From a virus, in IMG/VR virus record IMGVR_UViG_3300045988_061436, positions 1 to 44,261 of that record: DNA of 44,261 nucleotides, one strand, 5' to 3'. Both the position numbers and the translations under genes were made by a program. The notes under the pieces are model-generated. The model saw only the letters and a program-made list of their open reading frames with translations. It was not told where the DNA came from and ran no database searches. Shown here piece after piece: positions 15,909 through 24,110 of this stretch. Positions within the stretch are counted from its first letter, which is position 1, and each line of letters begins with the position of its first letter.

Positions 15909-16345
15909 AGGATAGTTTTATCTTTCCAAACCTCGTTATACTCTTTTGTTAGCTGCTCGATAGTCTGCACGTTGCCGGGATATATTCTCATCGCTTTGCG
16001 GTTTCCTGTCTCCCATTGGTTATGATGTTTGAAGCAAAGTATATTAACGTTTCTAACATCGTGTGCCGCTTCGGGGAACGCTCCACGTGTGCGAATGTGC
16101 GATATATAGGTCGCTGAAAATTGCGTTAAAGGTCGCATACACTCTTCACAGATATGTGGGTACAAGTCCCAACAATAGCGGTAAAACCTTTCGTTCTCTG
16201 CCGGTGTGTGTCCTGTGCCAAACAGATAACGTTGCACATCTACACGCACCTTTATAGGCATTTCAAACCGTTTATCTGTCAAAGGCTCGTAACCTTTGCT
16301 TTTCGCATACTTGTAACATTCTAAGTCCTCTATCAGAATAGCCAT
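15905..16345 (-). CDS. HNH-family endonuclease (candidate)
   Basis: 146 aa with CEECMRPL ... SHIRTRG ... NILCFKHHNQWE (Cys pair plus His-Asn-His pattern). Confidence 0.55.
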   Translation of the reverse strand: MAILIEDLECYKYAKSKGYEPLTDKRFEMPIKVRVDVQRYLFGTGHTPAENERFYRYCWDLYPHICEECMRPLTQFSATYISHIRTRGAFPEAAHDVRNVNILCFKHHNQWETGNRKAMRIYPGNVQTIEQLTKEYNEVWKDKTIL

Positions 16346-16362
16346 TTTTTCAAAGTTTATAA

Positions 16363-16381
16363 GCGGGGTAATTAACCCCGC
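16363..16381 (-). promoter_or_regulatory. Intergenic GC hairpin, GCGGGG-loop-CCCCGC family
   Basis: gcggggt-aatta-accccgc, lying between stop 16390 and ATG 16345. Confidence 0.6.
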
Positions 16382-16389
16382 CTATGTTG

Positions 16390-17046
16390 TTAGAAACTTT
16401 CGTTTTCGCCCGGTTCCGGCGTTTCCTCCGGCTCCTCTGTACCCTCTGTTTGGTCGTCGTCGTCACCCTCTCCAAATAGAGAAAGTTCTGCTTTCTTGCC
16501 CTTGAACAAAAAGGCGTACACCTCGGTTTCAATGTCTGCGATAATGCACTCCAATTCCTCCTCAAAACCCCACGTTTCGTTTTCAAGTTTAAGGCGTGGT
16601 GTGTTGATAGCGGTCTTCTGACCGTTTGCCACCTCGTACAAGCCGGTAAGCACAACACCAACGTTGTCGTCTTTGCCGCTTAGACTGATACCTCGTACCT
16701 CAATATTCTTCAAACACTGCTCGGCAAAATCTTCCGCCAAAGTAACCTGCGCCGGTCTTGCCTTGAACTCGTCTGTACTTACAAGCGTCTTGAAACTTGT
16801 AATATTGAACACACGACCCATAATCGGGCGTAATTGTGAAAACAGCTTGCGCAAATCGGGGTGTATATCCTTTGCGCTCTCGATATGGTACTTGTTGGTG
16901 TAAACCTCGTTACCAACTGTTTCCACTACCTCGTAATGAACGTCAAGACCTCCGTCTTTAAGTGTCTTAACCTTGTTCAAAGAAAATGCGTTCTCGCTTG
17001 GGATAGGCATATTCTTCACTTCTGTTACTTCTTTTGTTTCTTTCAT
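16390..17046 (-). CDS. Hypothetical protein with a long acidic C-terminal tail ending in Phe
   Basis: 218 aa. C-terminus is FGEGDDDDQTEGTEEPEETPEPGENESF. Confidence 0.6.
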   Translation of the reverse strand: MKETKEVTEVKNMPIPSENAFSLNKVKTLKDGGLDVHYEVVETVGNEVYTNKYHIESAKDIHPDLRKLFSQLRPIMGRVFNITSFKTLVSTDEFKARPAQVTLAEDFAEQCLKNIEVRGISLSGKDDNVGVVLTGLYEVANGQKTAINTPRLKLENETWGFEEELECIIADIETEVYAFLFKGKKAELSLFGEGDDDDQTEGTEEPEETPEPGENESF

Positions 17047-17060
17047 ATCTTTTTATTGGT

Positions 17061-17333
17061 TTATAGGCTTTCGCCAAGGTTGTCTTTTCTATCTACTTTT
17101 AACTTTAACTTTGCCGCTTCGTCTATAAGCGTGTAGAATTTGCGCTCCTCGCTTTCCTCTTTCGTTTCGTCCTCAAACTGCAATTCTAACCACTCATTAA
17201 GTAACGTTGCCGCAACTTCTTTCTCGTCTGTTATTTGCGCTTCTCTCTCTGCTACTGCATTAATGAGTACAAAGATAAGCAATATTAGCATAATTAGCAA
17301 GCAAATAAGAAAGCCTAATATAATATTAACCAT
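17061..17333 (-). CDS. Small N-terminally membrane-anchored protein
   Basis: 90 aa. The first ~27 aa are fully hydrophobic (MVNIILGFLICLLIMLILLIFVLINAV), and the rest is acidic. Confidence 0.6.
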   Translation of the reverse strand: MVNIILGFLICLLIMLILLIFVLINAVAEREAQITDEKEVAATLLNEWLELQFEDETKEESEERKFYTLIDEAAKLKLKVDRKDNLGESL

Positions 17334-17335
17334 AA

Positions 17336-18199
17336 TTAGAAATCTTCCTCGTCTAACAAAGCGTTACGATTTGAAACGGGTTGTACAGTTGGCTTCTCGG
17401 TTGTAGTCGACTTCATTTCCTCCTCCTCGTAATGGTTTGACTTTGGCAACTCTACCGGCTCATCGTCAAAGATAGCCTTTGCCTTTACTATCTTTGTCTT
17501 TTTGATTGCCGGTGCGGTTTTCTTTGCCCTTGTGCTTGTTGCTCTCTTTGGCTTGCCGTCCTCATCATATTGCTTTTGTGCGAGTTCAACAAACCCCAAC
17601 TCAACCAACACTGGCAAACAAGCTGCCAACGCCTTTACATCTTCGCCTGCGTCATGTGCCGGGAACGTCTTGCCCTCAAAACATTTTGCGTGCAACTCTT
17701 CAAGCGTTGGAAACTTGCCCGGGCGTCCGTCTGCAAAGCACGCACCGACAAACTTAATAGTTTTCATCATTGTGTCGATACGCTTGCCCTTGAATAGTGC
17801 TTGGTCTGCCTTGCTCTCGTAATATTCACGCCCTAAATAGCGCATAATATTAGCCTTAATGATAGACGTGTCAAAGTAGATGTTGTGCGCACAAATCAAA
17901 GGGGAAAGCGTGCAATCTTTGATAAACTCCTGCACCACCGCCTCAAACGGTACACCCTCTTTCATTGCTCGCTCTGTACTGATACCGTGTATCTCTGTCG
18001 TTGCTTCGGGTATCTCATAAGGCTTTCCGTCTGCCCCTATTGGCTTAATTATATACGACTTCAATACGCCGTCTTTAAGCCACGCTAATTGCGCCACATA
18101 GGGAAATTGATTGCAATCTTTTTCCCAATCTAAACCCTTTGCGGGTACACCCGTTGTTTCTGTATCAAAGAAACAAACGTCTTTAATTTCGTACTGCAT
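17336..18199 (-). CDS. DnaQ-like (DEDDh) 3'-5' exonuclease with a disordered C-terminal tail
   Basis: Start set at ATG 18199 (MQYEIKDVCFFDTETTG). Motifs FDTETTG, HNIYFD and HDAGEDV. The tail ends LLDEEDF. Confidence 0.8.
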   Translation of the reverse strand: MQYEIKDVCFFDTETTGVPAKGLDWEKDCNQFPYVAQLAWLKDGVLKSYIIKPIGADGKPYEIPEATTEIHGISTERAMKEGVPFEAVVQEFIKDCTLSPLICAHNIYFDTSIIKANIMRYLGREYYESKADQALFKGKRIDTMMKTIKFVGACFADGRPGKFPTLEELHAKCFEGKTFPAHDAGEDVKALAACLPVLVELGFVELAQKQYDEDGKPKRATSTRAKKTAPAIKKTKIVKAKAIFDDEPVELPKSNHYEEEEMKSTTTEKPTVQPVSNRNALLDEEDF

Positions 18200-18201
18200 A
18201 A

Positions 18202-18384
18202 TTATAAATCTAATGTTAAATCTAAATTCTTTATTTTCTTTGCGTATGCTTTGCGTGTCAACCACTCACAACCACAACGCAAACACTTTACCCGGCTAAA
18301 CCCTTTCGGGGTGTACCTATAACGGTTTATACGCCACGTTGACAAAGGATAAAATCGTGGTCTACGTTCACACTTACAAAACAT
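18202..18384 (-). CDS. Small Cys-rich protein
   Basis: 60 aa with CKCE...CLRCGC. Its stop lies 2 nt before the exonuclease ATG. Confidence 0.45.
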   Translation of the reverse strand: MFCKCERRPRFYPLSTWRINRYRYTPKGFSRVKCLRCGCEWLTRKAYAKKIKNLDLTLDL

Positions 18385-18386
18385 AA

Positions 18387-18608
18387 TTAAAGCGTTTCAA
18401 GTTGTTTTCTTATCTCGTCACGCTTTGCTTTCACTTCCTCTATTAAGGCGTTGCGAACACGTTTGCGCAACTCGTTTGAAATCTCAACATCAAAGCCGTT
18501 GACGTGTACGGTTATTGTTCCGCCCTCGTGCAAACGTTGGTTTAATTCTTGTTGCTGCCTAAACTCTTTTGTTAAGCGCAAAACATTGTCTATGTTTTCT
18601 ATCTTCAT
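18387..18608 (-). CDS. Hypothetical coiled-coil protein
   Basis: 73-aa ORF whose ATG overlaps the upstream stop. Confidence 0.55.
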   Translation of the reverse strand: MKIENIDNVLRLTKEFRQQQELNQRLHEGGTITVHVNGFDVEISNELRKRVRNALIEEVKAKRDEIRKQLETL

Positions 18609-19036
18609 ATTGTTTTAGGATTTTCGATAAATGTATTGAGTTCCTCTGCTGCAAACTGCTTTATAAACTCGATATGTTCTATTAATTCAGCATTTCCTAT
18701 CTCCGCAATCTCTTTAATGTGGGTTGTGTACTTGCTTGTTGATATGTCAAAATTTGCAACACACATTACGGGACTTTGTTCACGCAAAAACTTTTCTGTC
18801 TGCACCTCTGTAAGGCGTTCGCCTGTTTCATACAACGCCCGGCGTACAGTTGGAACAACGTAATTATAGTAATAGCCTTTCAGTGCTTCGCTGCTGCCTT
18901 TAGGCGCAACAATGAAACGCACCGTAACACGTTCGCCCTTGTGTAGTTTCAGAAACTCGTTGACTTCTCCCATGTAGAGAGATAAGCCGCCCTTATTGTT
19001 GACTACTCCGGTCGCTGATATTTCCCTCGGTTTCAT
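18605..19036 (-). CDS. Hypothetical protein
   Basis: 143-aa ORF. ATG 19036 overlaps the upstream gene by 44 nt. Confidence 0.55.
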   Translation of the reverse strand: MKPREISATGVVNNKGGLSLYMGEVNEFLKLHKGERVTVRFIVAPKGSSEALKGYYYNYVVPTVRRALYETGERLTEVQTEKFLREQSPVMCVANFDISTSKYTTHIKEIAEIGNAELIEHIEFIKQFAAEELNTFIENPKTI

Positions 19037-19397
19037 TTTCTCTTAGTTGCTTAATTGTGCGCTTTGCAGCGTCATCGCCTACCGCCTTAATGAAATAGCG
19101 TGCGTTTGCTGACAAATCGCAATTCTTGTTCAATATAGCTGCGTACTGCTTCACGAACTCAACGGGCGTTAAATTCAAATAGTCAATAGGGTGTCGCTTT
19201 AACTCGTTTCCGCCCATGTTTGCCTTTATAGCTTGCGCCTTGCGCTCGCTCTTTAACGACTTTATAATGTTTTGTGCGTTCGTGGTAAACTGCCTTGTTT
19301 GAAGCAAGTCCCGCACCGTATAATCATCTACACACTTTTTGCGCTTTGCCTGCACCGGCTTCGCTTGCTCTTTCTTTTGTTTTCTTTTGCTCGTCAT
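18993..19397 (-). CDS. Hypothetical protein with a basic N-terminus
   Basis: 134-aa ORF starting MTSKRKQKKEQAKPVQAKRKK. Confidence 0.55.
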   Translation of the reverse strand: MTSKRKQKKEQAKPVQAKRKKCVDDYTVRDLLQTRQFTTNAQNIIKSLKSERKAQAIKANMGGNELKRHPIDYLNLTPVEFVKQYAAILNKNCDLSANARYFIKAVGDDAAKRTIKQLRENETEGNISDRSSQQ

Positions 19398-19412
19398 AGT
19401 TTTTATTTTGCA

Positions 19413-19433
19413 GGCGGGGCAATTAACCCCGCC
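19413..19433 (-). promoter_or_regulatory. Intergenic GC hairpin, same family
   Basis: ggcgggg-caattaa-ccccgcc, lying between stop 19442 and ATG 19397. Confidence 0.6.
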
Positions 19434-19441
19434 CGGGTTAC

Positions 19442-20875
19442 TTAATCTTCTGTGTACTCCTCGACTTGCATTTCCTCCTGTCCTCGCTTCACGTTCTCGA
19501 TAAAGCCTTGGAAGCCGTTTTGTTTCGCTACGTCTAAAATCGCTTTAAGACGTTTTGCGCCCAAACTCTCACCTCGTGCAATTCTGAACACCTTAACGGT
19601 TGGGTTTGCTGCAATAATTAGTTTAGTTGCGACCTCCATTTTTTGACTGTCTGATACAACACCGTCAACGAAAGGCACGTTATTGAGTGTTAACCCCTCA
19701 TCACTGAACGAAAGACCGGTAATTGGTAATTCTGATTTTTCGATAAGTTCCTTGCGCTCGTGCTGCAAAGTGTCTACCTTTTCGCCCAACTCATTGTAAC
19801 TACTTTCAACCTCTGAAAGCTGTTCAGCACGCTTGTTGTAGTCCTCAACTTGTGCCGCCTTTTCGTTGTGTACTTGCGCCTGCTTGATTTCTTCTGTAAC
19901 GTCTACGTCCTCTTTGTTTTTCTCGTATTCTTGCAGCCACTTCTCACAATTTGCCTTACGTCTTTCTGCTTCCTCCAGTTCTCGGTCGTACTGCTCAATA
20001 TCGTTATTGTAACGTTCCTCTGCGTCTGAACGCTCGGACTTTGCTACGCTTACTTTGCGGTCGTACTCTGCTTTTGCGGCTTCGACTGCCAACTCGTAAT
20101 CTCTTTTTGCGTCTTTCAAAACGTTGTCGATACGCTCGACTTCCTCGTGGAAAATTCGTGCGCTCTCTTTCTGCTTTGCCGGCACCGCTTCAATCTGTGA
20201 GATACGTTCCTCTAATTTTTGCTGTACGTTTTGCGCCTTTGCGTCTAATTGCGCACGCACGTTTTGACGCTCCAACAACTCGGTAACTTCAATGCGACTG
20301 CCGTACTTGGTAATGTCGCCCGGCTGCAAACCCTCTTTAGCTGCCTTAACTTGCGCCCCCAAATTCTTAATATCTCGGTTAAGGTGTGTTCGTTCCTCCT
20401 TTGCTGCCTTAACCTCTGCGTCTATCTCCTCAATGCGTTTCTGCACCTCCTTTGGCAATAGAGATTTTACAACCTCTATCTGCTTGCGTCTGCCCTCTGC
20501 TGTTTCTGACCAACTGCAAAAGTCGACAGCGTCAAAGTTTTGGTAGCCGAAAAGTTGTTGCAACATTGAAACGTTGTTACTTTGTACCGTCTTGCCCTTA
20601 ATGCTTAAAACTCCACGTGGGTTTGCTTTCGTGAAATTAAGTGATACGGTGTACTCGTTGCCGTCGTCACCGACAACCATTTTGGCAAAGCCTTTTTCTT
20701 CTCCATTGCGCAAAACTGCGTCACGCTCTCCGGTAAGCAAAGCACCGATAGCTTTCAAAAGGGTTGATTTGCCCAACTCATTGTCACCAGTTATAAAATA
20801 AACGTTACCGGTAAAGTCTGCGCTAAACTCCTTGATTACTTGGAAATTTAGCAATTCCAATTTTTTAATATACAT
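19442..20875 (-). CDS. AAA/SMC-like ATPase with a long coiled coil (Rad50/RecN/SbcC-like)
   Basis: 477 aa. Walker A is GDNELGKST; the central ~250 aa are a Glu/Lys/Ala-rich coiled coil, followed by a C-terminal globular part. Confidence 0.65.
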   Translation of the reverse strand: MYIKKLELLNFQVIKEFSADFTGNVYFITGDNELGKSTLLKAIGALLTGERDAVLRNGEEKGFAKMVVGDDGNEYTVSLNFTKANPRGVLSIKGKTVQSNNVSMLQQLFGYQNFDAVDFCSWSETAEGRRKQIEVVKSLLPKEVQKRIEEIDAEVKAAKEERTHLNRDIKNLGAQVKAAKEGLQPGDITKYGSRIEVTELLERQNVRAQLDAKAQNVQQKLEERISQIEAVPAKQKESARIFHEEVERIDNVLKDAKRDYELAVEAAKAEYDRKVSVAKSERSDAEERYNNDIEQYDRELEEAERRKANCEKWLQEYEKNKEDVDVTEEIKQAQVHNEKAAQVEDYNKRAEQLSEVESSYNELGEKVDTLQHERKELIEKSELPITGLSFSDEGLTLNNVPFVDGVVSDSQKMEVATKLIIAANPTVKVFRIARGESLGAKRLKAILDVAKQNGFQGFIENVKRGQEEMQVEEYTED

Positions 20876-20891
20876 TTTTCGCTCTCTTTGT

Positions 20892-20909
20892 GGGTGGGTT
20901 GCCCCACCC
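20892..20909 (-). promoter_or_regulatory. Intergenic GC hairpin with a GCAA tetraloop (minus strand)
   Basis: gggtggg-ttgc-cccaccc, about 17 nt upstream of the ATPase ATG. Confidence 0.55.
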
Positions 20910-20914
20910 GGTTA

Positions 20915-21085
20915 TTATTTTGTTTGTCTTATTCTCTGATGTATTAACGTAAACATATCATTAAAACACGCTTTGTTACTCTGCGCTTCCTCTGGTGTTA
21001 AGTCCGCCAAAAAGTTTTCTAACTTTCTGTAAAGGTCGTTTAGAGTTTCCCGGCTCATTGTGTGCCGGGAAGCTGTATCTCTCAT
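20915..21085 (-). CDS. Unlisted 56-aa ORF
   Basis: MRDTASRHTMSRETLNDLYRKLENFLADLTPEEAQSNKACFNDMFTLIHQRIRQTK. Its ATG lies 2 nt after the upstream stop, and it fills a 212-bp gap. Confidence 0.45.
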   Translation of the reverse strand: MRDTASRHTMSRETLNDLYRKLENFLADLTPEEAQSNKACFNDMFTLIHQRIRQTK

Positions 21086-21087
21086 CT

Positions 21088-21393
21088 TTAATCCTCCGTT
21101 ACGCTAACAGTATAAACATAATCGTCAGAACCTGCGTCAATGTAATGCGCTTCGATTTTGACAATTAGCGTTGTTACCCAATCGCCGTCAACCTCTCCAA
21201 GCATATCAAACGTTTGTGCGGTCTCGCTACAAACGTAACCCTCTTCCTCGAAGTTGTCCTTAAAAAATTGCTCTGCTGCTGCCTTATCCTCAACTACGAT
21301 AAGACCGTTATTTGTTAACTCTGCCTTTACTTGTGCTTCAACCTCTGCAATAGTAACTGCGTTGATGTTCTCTTTGTTAACTAAATTCTTCAT
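21088..21393 (-). CDS. Strongly acidic small protein, first gene behind early promoter P1
   Basis: 101 aa with 22 Asp/Glu against 6 Lys and no Arg. Confidence 0.65.
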   Translation of the reverse strand: MKNLVNKENINAVTIAEVEAQVKAELTNNGLIVVEDKAAAEQFFKDNFEEEGYVCSETAQTFDMLGEVDGDWVTTLIVKIEAHYIDAGSDDYVYTVSVTED

Positions 21394-21415
21394 GTTTTTT
21401 ATTGTTTTATTGTTT

Positions 21416-21456
21416 CCAAGTAAACCGCTTGGTCGGTTGTGTTATTTCCTTAACAC
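21416..21456 (-). promoter_or_regulatory. Conserved structured 5' leader, copy 1
   Basis: Minus strand has GTGTTA-AGGAAA-TAACAC followed by ACCGAC and CCAAG-CGGTTTA-CTTGG. Confidence 0.6.
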
Positions 21457-21460
21457 GTTG

Positions 21461-21491
21461 CAAAGATAATACTTTATTTTATATTACCAAA
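21461..21491 (-). promoter_or_regulatory. Early promoter P1 (TTTG-N19-TATCTTTG)
   Basis: Exact match to the Bacteroidota sigma-A consensus TTTG / TAnnTTTG with a 19-nt spacer. A T9 tract lies upstream on the plus strand. Confidence 0.75.
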
Positions 21492-21521
21492 ACTTTTCAG
21501 TATTTTTTTTTGCGAATTTCT

Positions 21522-21809
21522 TTATTTTCTTTTGAAAAGGGTTAATTGACTATTGAAATAACGTTGTATTATGTCGTCAACCTCTCGTTCTTGCCGTTCT
21601 TTCTTTTCTATAAGATTAGGCGTATAGGTCGCACGCTTTTGCGTGTGCCTTAACTGCCTAACCTTATTTAATAACTCCGCAAAAGTAGGCACGCCCTTAT
21701 CCTCTGTAACCCTTGCACCCTCTACAATGTTACGACATACGTTGCAAAGTTCCTCAAAGGTTAATTTATCGAAATCTTGCGCCTGCTGGCTTAAAGTCTT
21801 TTTGCCCAT
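21522..21809 (-). CDS. Hypothetical protein
   Basis: 95-aa ORF. Confidence 0.55.
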   Translation of the reverse strand: MGKKTLSQQAQDFDKLTFEELCNVCRNIVEGARVTEDKGVPTFAELLNKVRQLRHTQKRATYTPNLIEKKERQEREVDDIIQRYFNSQLTLFKRK

Positions 21810-21844
21810 AAGTTACACGGTTTTACAATTATCGCCCCTTAGAA

Positions 21845-22408
21845 CTAAAATAATAACCCTTTCGCCCTTTGCGGTACGTTCTGCAACACCCAATCTAAAT
21901 CGTTTTGCAGCACATAACGCCCATAGTGCATTATCAGAATAGCGTCTGAGTTCCACAACGTAACGTTTGTGAGTGGGTACAACTCCTTTGCCACTTGCTT
22001 ATAACGTGCCTTGCGTGCGCTTTTCTCCTCGTGCAACCCCTTAATACGTAACTTTAAGCCGCTTTGCCACTTAATAGGGTGTACAAGCACAAAAGGCACG
22101 TCCAACACGTCTAAAACCGTCTTTATCTGTTCAAAGTTGGCTAACATCTTCTGTATGCGAAAGACTTTACCCCTATTTTCGCCCGTACTCGTTACCATAT
22201 CATCGGGGCGTATGCTTAACTTTTCGACAAATACAATAGGGTTGGTAAAGCCTTTGTAGTACTCAATGAAATCTCGAAGCTGTCGCAAATCTTTTGGCAT
22301 ACGCACGCACTCTAAATTATAACCGGGTCTATAAACGCAAATACCCCCGTTACTTGCGCCCGGGTCTATTGCTATAACGCAATTAACTTTTAATTTCTTT
22401 GTTTCCAT
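21845..22408 (-). CDS. RuvC-like Holliday junction resolvase (candidate)
   Basis: 187 aa with VIAIDPGASNGG (first catalytic Asp), FVEKL, and NSDAILIMHYG near the C-terminus. Confidence 0.6.
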   Translation of the reverse strand: METKKLKVNCVIAIDPGASNGGICVYRPGYNLECVRMPKDLRQLRDFIEYYKGFTNPIVFVEKLSIRPDDMVTSTGENRGKVFRIQKMLANFEQIKTVLDVLDVPFVLVHPIKWQSGLKLRIKGLHEEKSARKARYKQVAKELYPLTNVTLWNSDAILIMHYGRYVLQNDLDWVLQNVPQRAKGLLF

Positions 22409-22425
22409 ATCTTACTTTGTTTTAA

Positions 22426-22848
22426 TTAAAGACCTAATATTTGCTTTATCTTTCCTCTGTAATTCTCGTTCGCTAATCGCTTCGCTTCCTCTACGCTTGG
22501 AACTTGCTCGTAAAAATCAGACATTAACAGCGTGTAGACAAATACACCTTGCTTTGTGTCCTCTATGCAATAGATGTTTACTTCTGTCTTTGCAATCAAG
22601 CCAAAGGTTTGATTTTCTTCCCACTGCAAATCTTTTATACCGTTCAGAACCTCATCAACTGCGCTTGGTATGTGCTTGTTCCAATCCTCAAAGAATTGCA
22701 ACATTTCTACACACTTGCACCGAATTGTAGCAACGTTGTGCGATACGTTACCGGTCGTAATTTTGTCACAAACTCCCTTTATACCCTCAAAGGCGGCTAT
22801 AAAGGTGTCGTTCATTTCCTTTTGTGTCATTAAATTTAATTTCTCCAT
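22426..22848 (-). CDS. Hypothetical protein
   Basis: 140-aa ORF. Confidence 0.6.
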   Translation of the reverse strand: MEKLNLMTQKEMNDTFIAAFEGIKGVCDKITTGNVSHNVATIRCKCVEMLQFFEDWNKHIPSAVDEVLNGIKDLQWEENQTFGLIAKTEVNIYCIEDTKQGVFVYTLLMSDFYEQVPSVEEAKRLANENYRGKIKQILGL

Positions 22849-22859
22849 ACTGCTATAAT

Positions 22860-23039
22860 TTACATAAATAAATTTTGTTCATTTGTTTGCAGAATAGCGT
22901 TTACACGCTTTATCTCTGTGTCAATTTCTCGCTCTATTGCTTTACACTCTGCAAGTATAGACTTGCTTCGTGTGTTAAAGTACTCTTTTTGTAGTTGCCG
23001 CATAAAAGCAACCTTGTTAAAGAAATCCTTACTATTCAT
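22860..23039 (-). CDS. Unlisted 59-aa ORF
   Basis: MNSKDFFNKVAFMRQLQKEYFNTRSKSILAECKAIEREIDTEIKRVNAILQTNEQNLFM. Its ATG lies 1 nt after the MTase stop, and it fills the 192-bp gap. Confidence 0.5.
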   Translation of the reverse strand: MNSKDFFNKVAFMRQLQKEYFNTRSKSILAECKAIEREIDTEIKRVNAILQTNEQNLFM

Positions 23040-23040
23040 A

Positions 23041-24110
23041 TCACTTTAACCTACTTAACCACTGATTATAAATATTACTTGCTATCTCATACATCATAAG
23101 GGGCGGTACGCTCATTCCACACACATAAATAGGACGATACTTCAAAAAGTTATAATCACTTGGGAAAGTTGCAGCCTTTATTATTTCTTTATTAGAAATA
23201 TAACGTGGCTCGTAAAAAGACACATTCCCCTCAATGTGTGACGTTAACGTGCCTAAAACTTTACCTCTATACGCAAACGTATAATTAAACAAAGCTGATT
23301 TGTTATAAACTCTTTCATAAGCCTTTGACAAATCTTTGTCGCCCTCTTTTCTGTACTGCCATAAATGCGTATTCTTTTTTGATAATTTATTTTCAAAATT
23401 TCCCTTATCCTCAATTTCTCCGAACGGTACCTCCTTTTTGCAAAAAGCCATGTCTATTTTTGGAACTTCTGTAAAAAGGTCTTTTTGATACAAAAAACTA
23501 CCTGCTAAATCTTTTCTTAAACAGATAAAGAATACACGCTCCCTTTTTTGTGGTACTCCCATTCTTGAAGCGTCAAGCAAGAAATGTTGACAATAAAAGC
23601 CGGCGTCCTCAAACTCTTTATAAATCTTTCTTAGATAGTCTTTCGCTTCGCCTAATAGTAACCCTTTCACGTTTTCAGCCACGACAACCTTTGGTTGCAA
23701 TTCTTTTGCTAATTCGATAAAGTCAAAGAAAAGCGTGTCAAGAACTTGTTTTTGTTGCCCCTCTCTGAACTTCTTTTCTTTGCCCCAATCCTTTGCCCTA
23801 TTGCCGGATATTGAAAAGCTACTACACGGGGGCGAACCGTCCATAATGTCTAAATTATACAATTCCTTTGGCAAATCTTTTCGCTTCTTAAATTCTTGTA
23901 TAGGCTCGCAAAAGCTATACTTTGGGTTGTGGTTTTCCCTATATATAGACATCATTCTCGGGTCTATTTCGTTGCAGCCTATAACATCGTAACCTGCTAA
24001 TTTATAACCCATTGTGCTGCCCCCCCACATGAAAAGCAACTAAATACGGTGCCTTTGTCTTTTGTGAATTGTGCGTCCTTTAACGTCCAATTATATGTTA
24101 TTTCTTTCAT
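23041..24110 (-). pseudogene. DNA (cytosine-5)-methyltransferase interrupted by a frameshift in a G7 tract (C7 on the plus strand, 24020..24026)
   Basis: The 5' frame from ATG 24110 reads MKEITYNWTLKDAQFTKDKGTVFSCFSCGG and stops soon after. The 3' frame carries GGSTMGYKLAGY, GSPPCSSFS, ENVKGLL and QKRERVFF. One extra G would fuse the two frames. Confidence 0.8.

Noticed and set aside
16350-16661. 103-aa alternative-frame ORF inside gene 16390..17046
   Set aside because: It is embedded out of frame in a better ORF and is Arg/Thr/Leu-rich.
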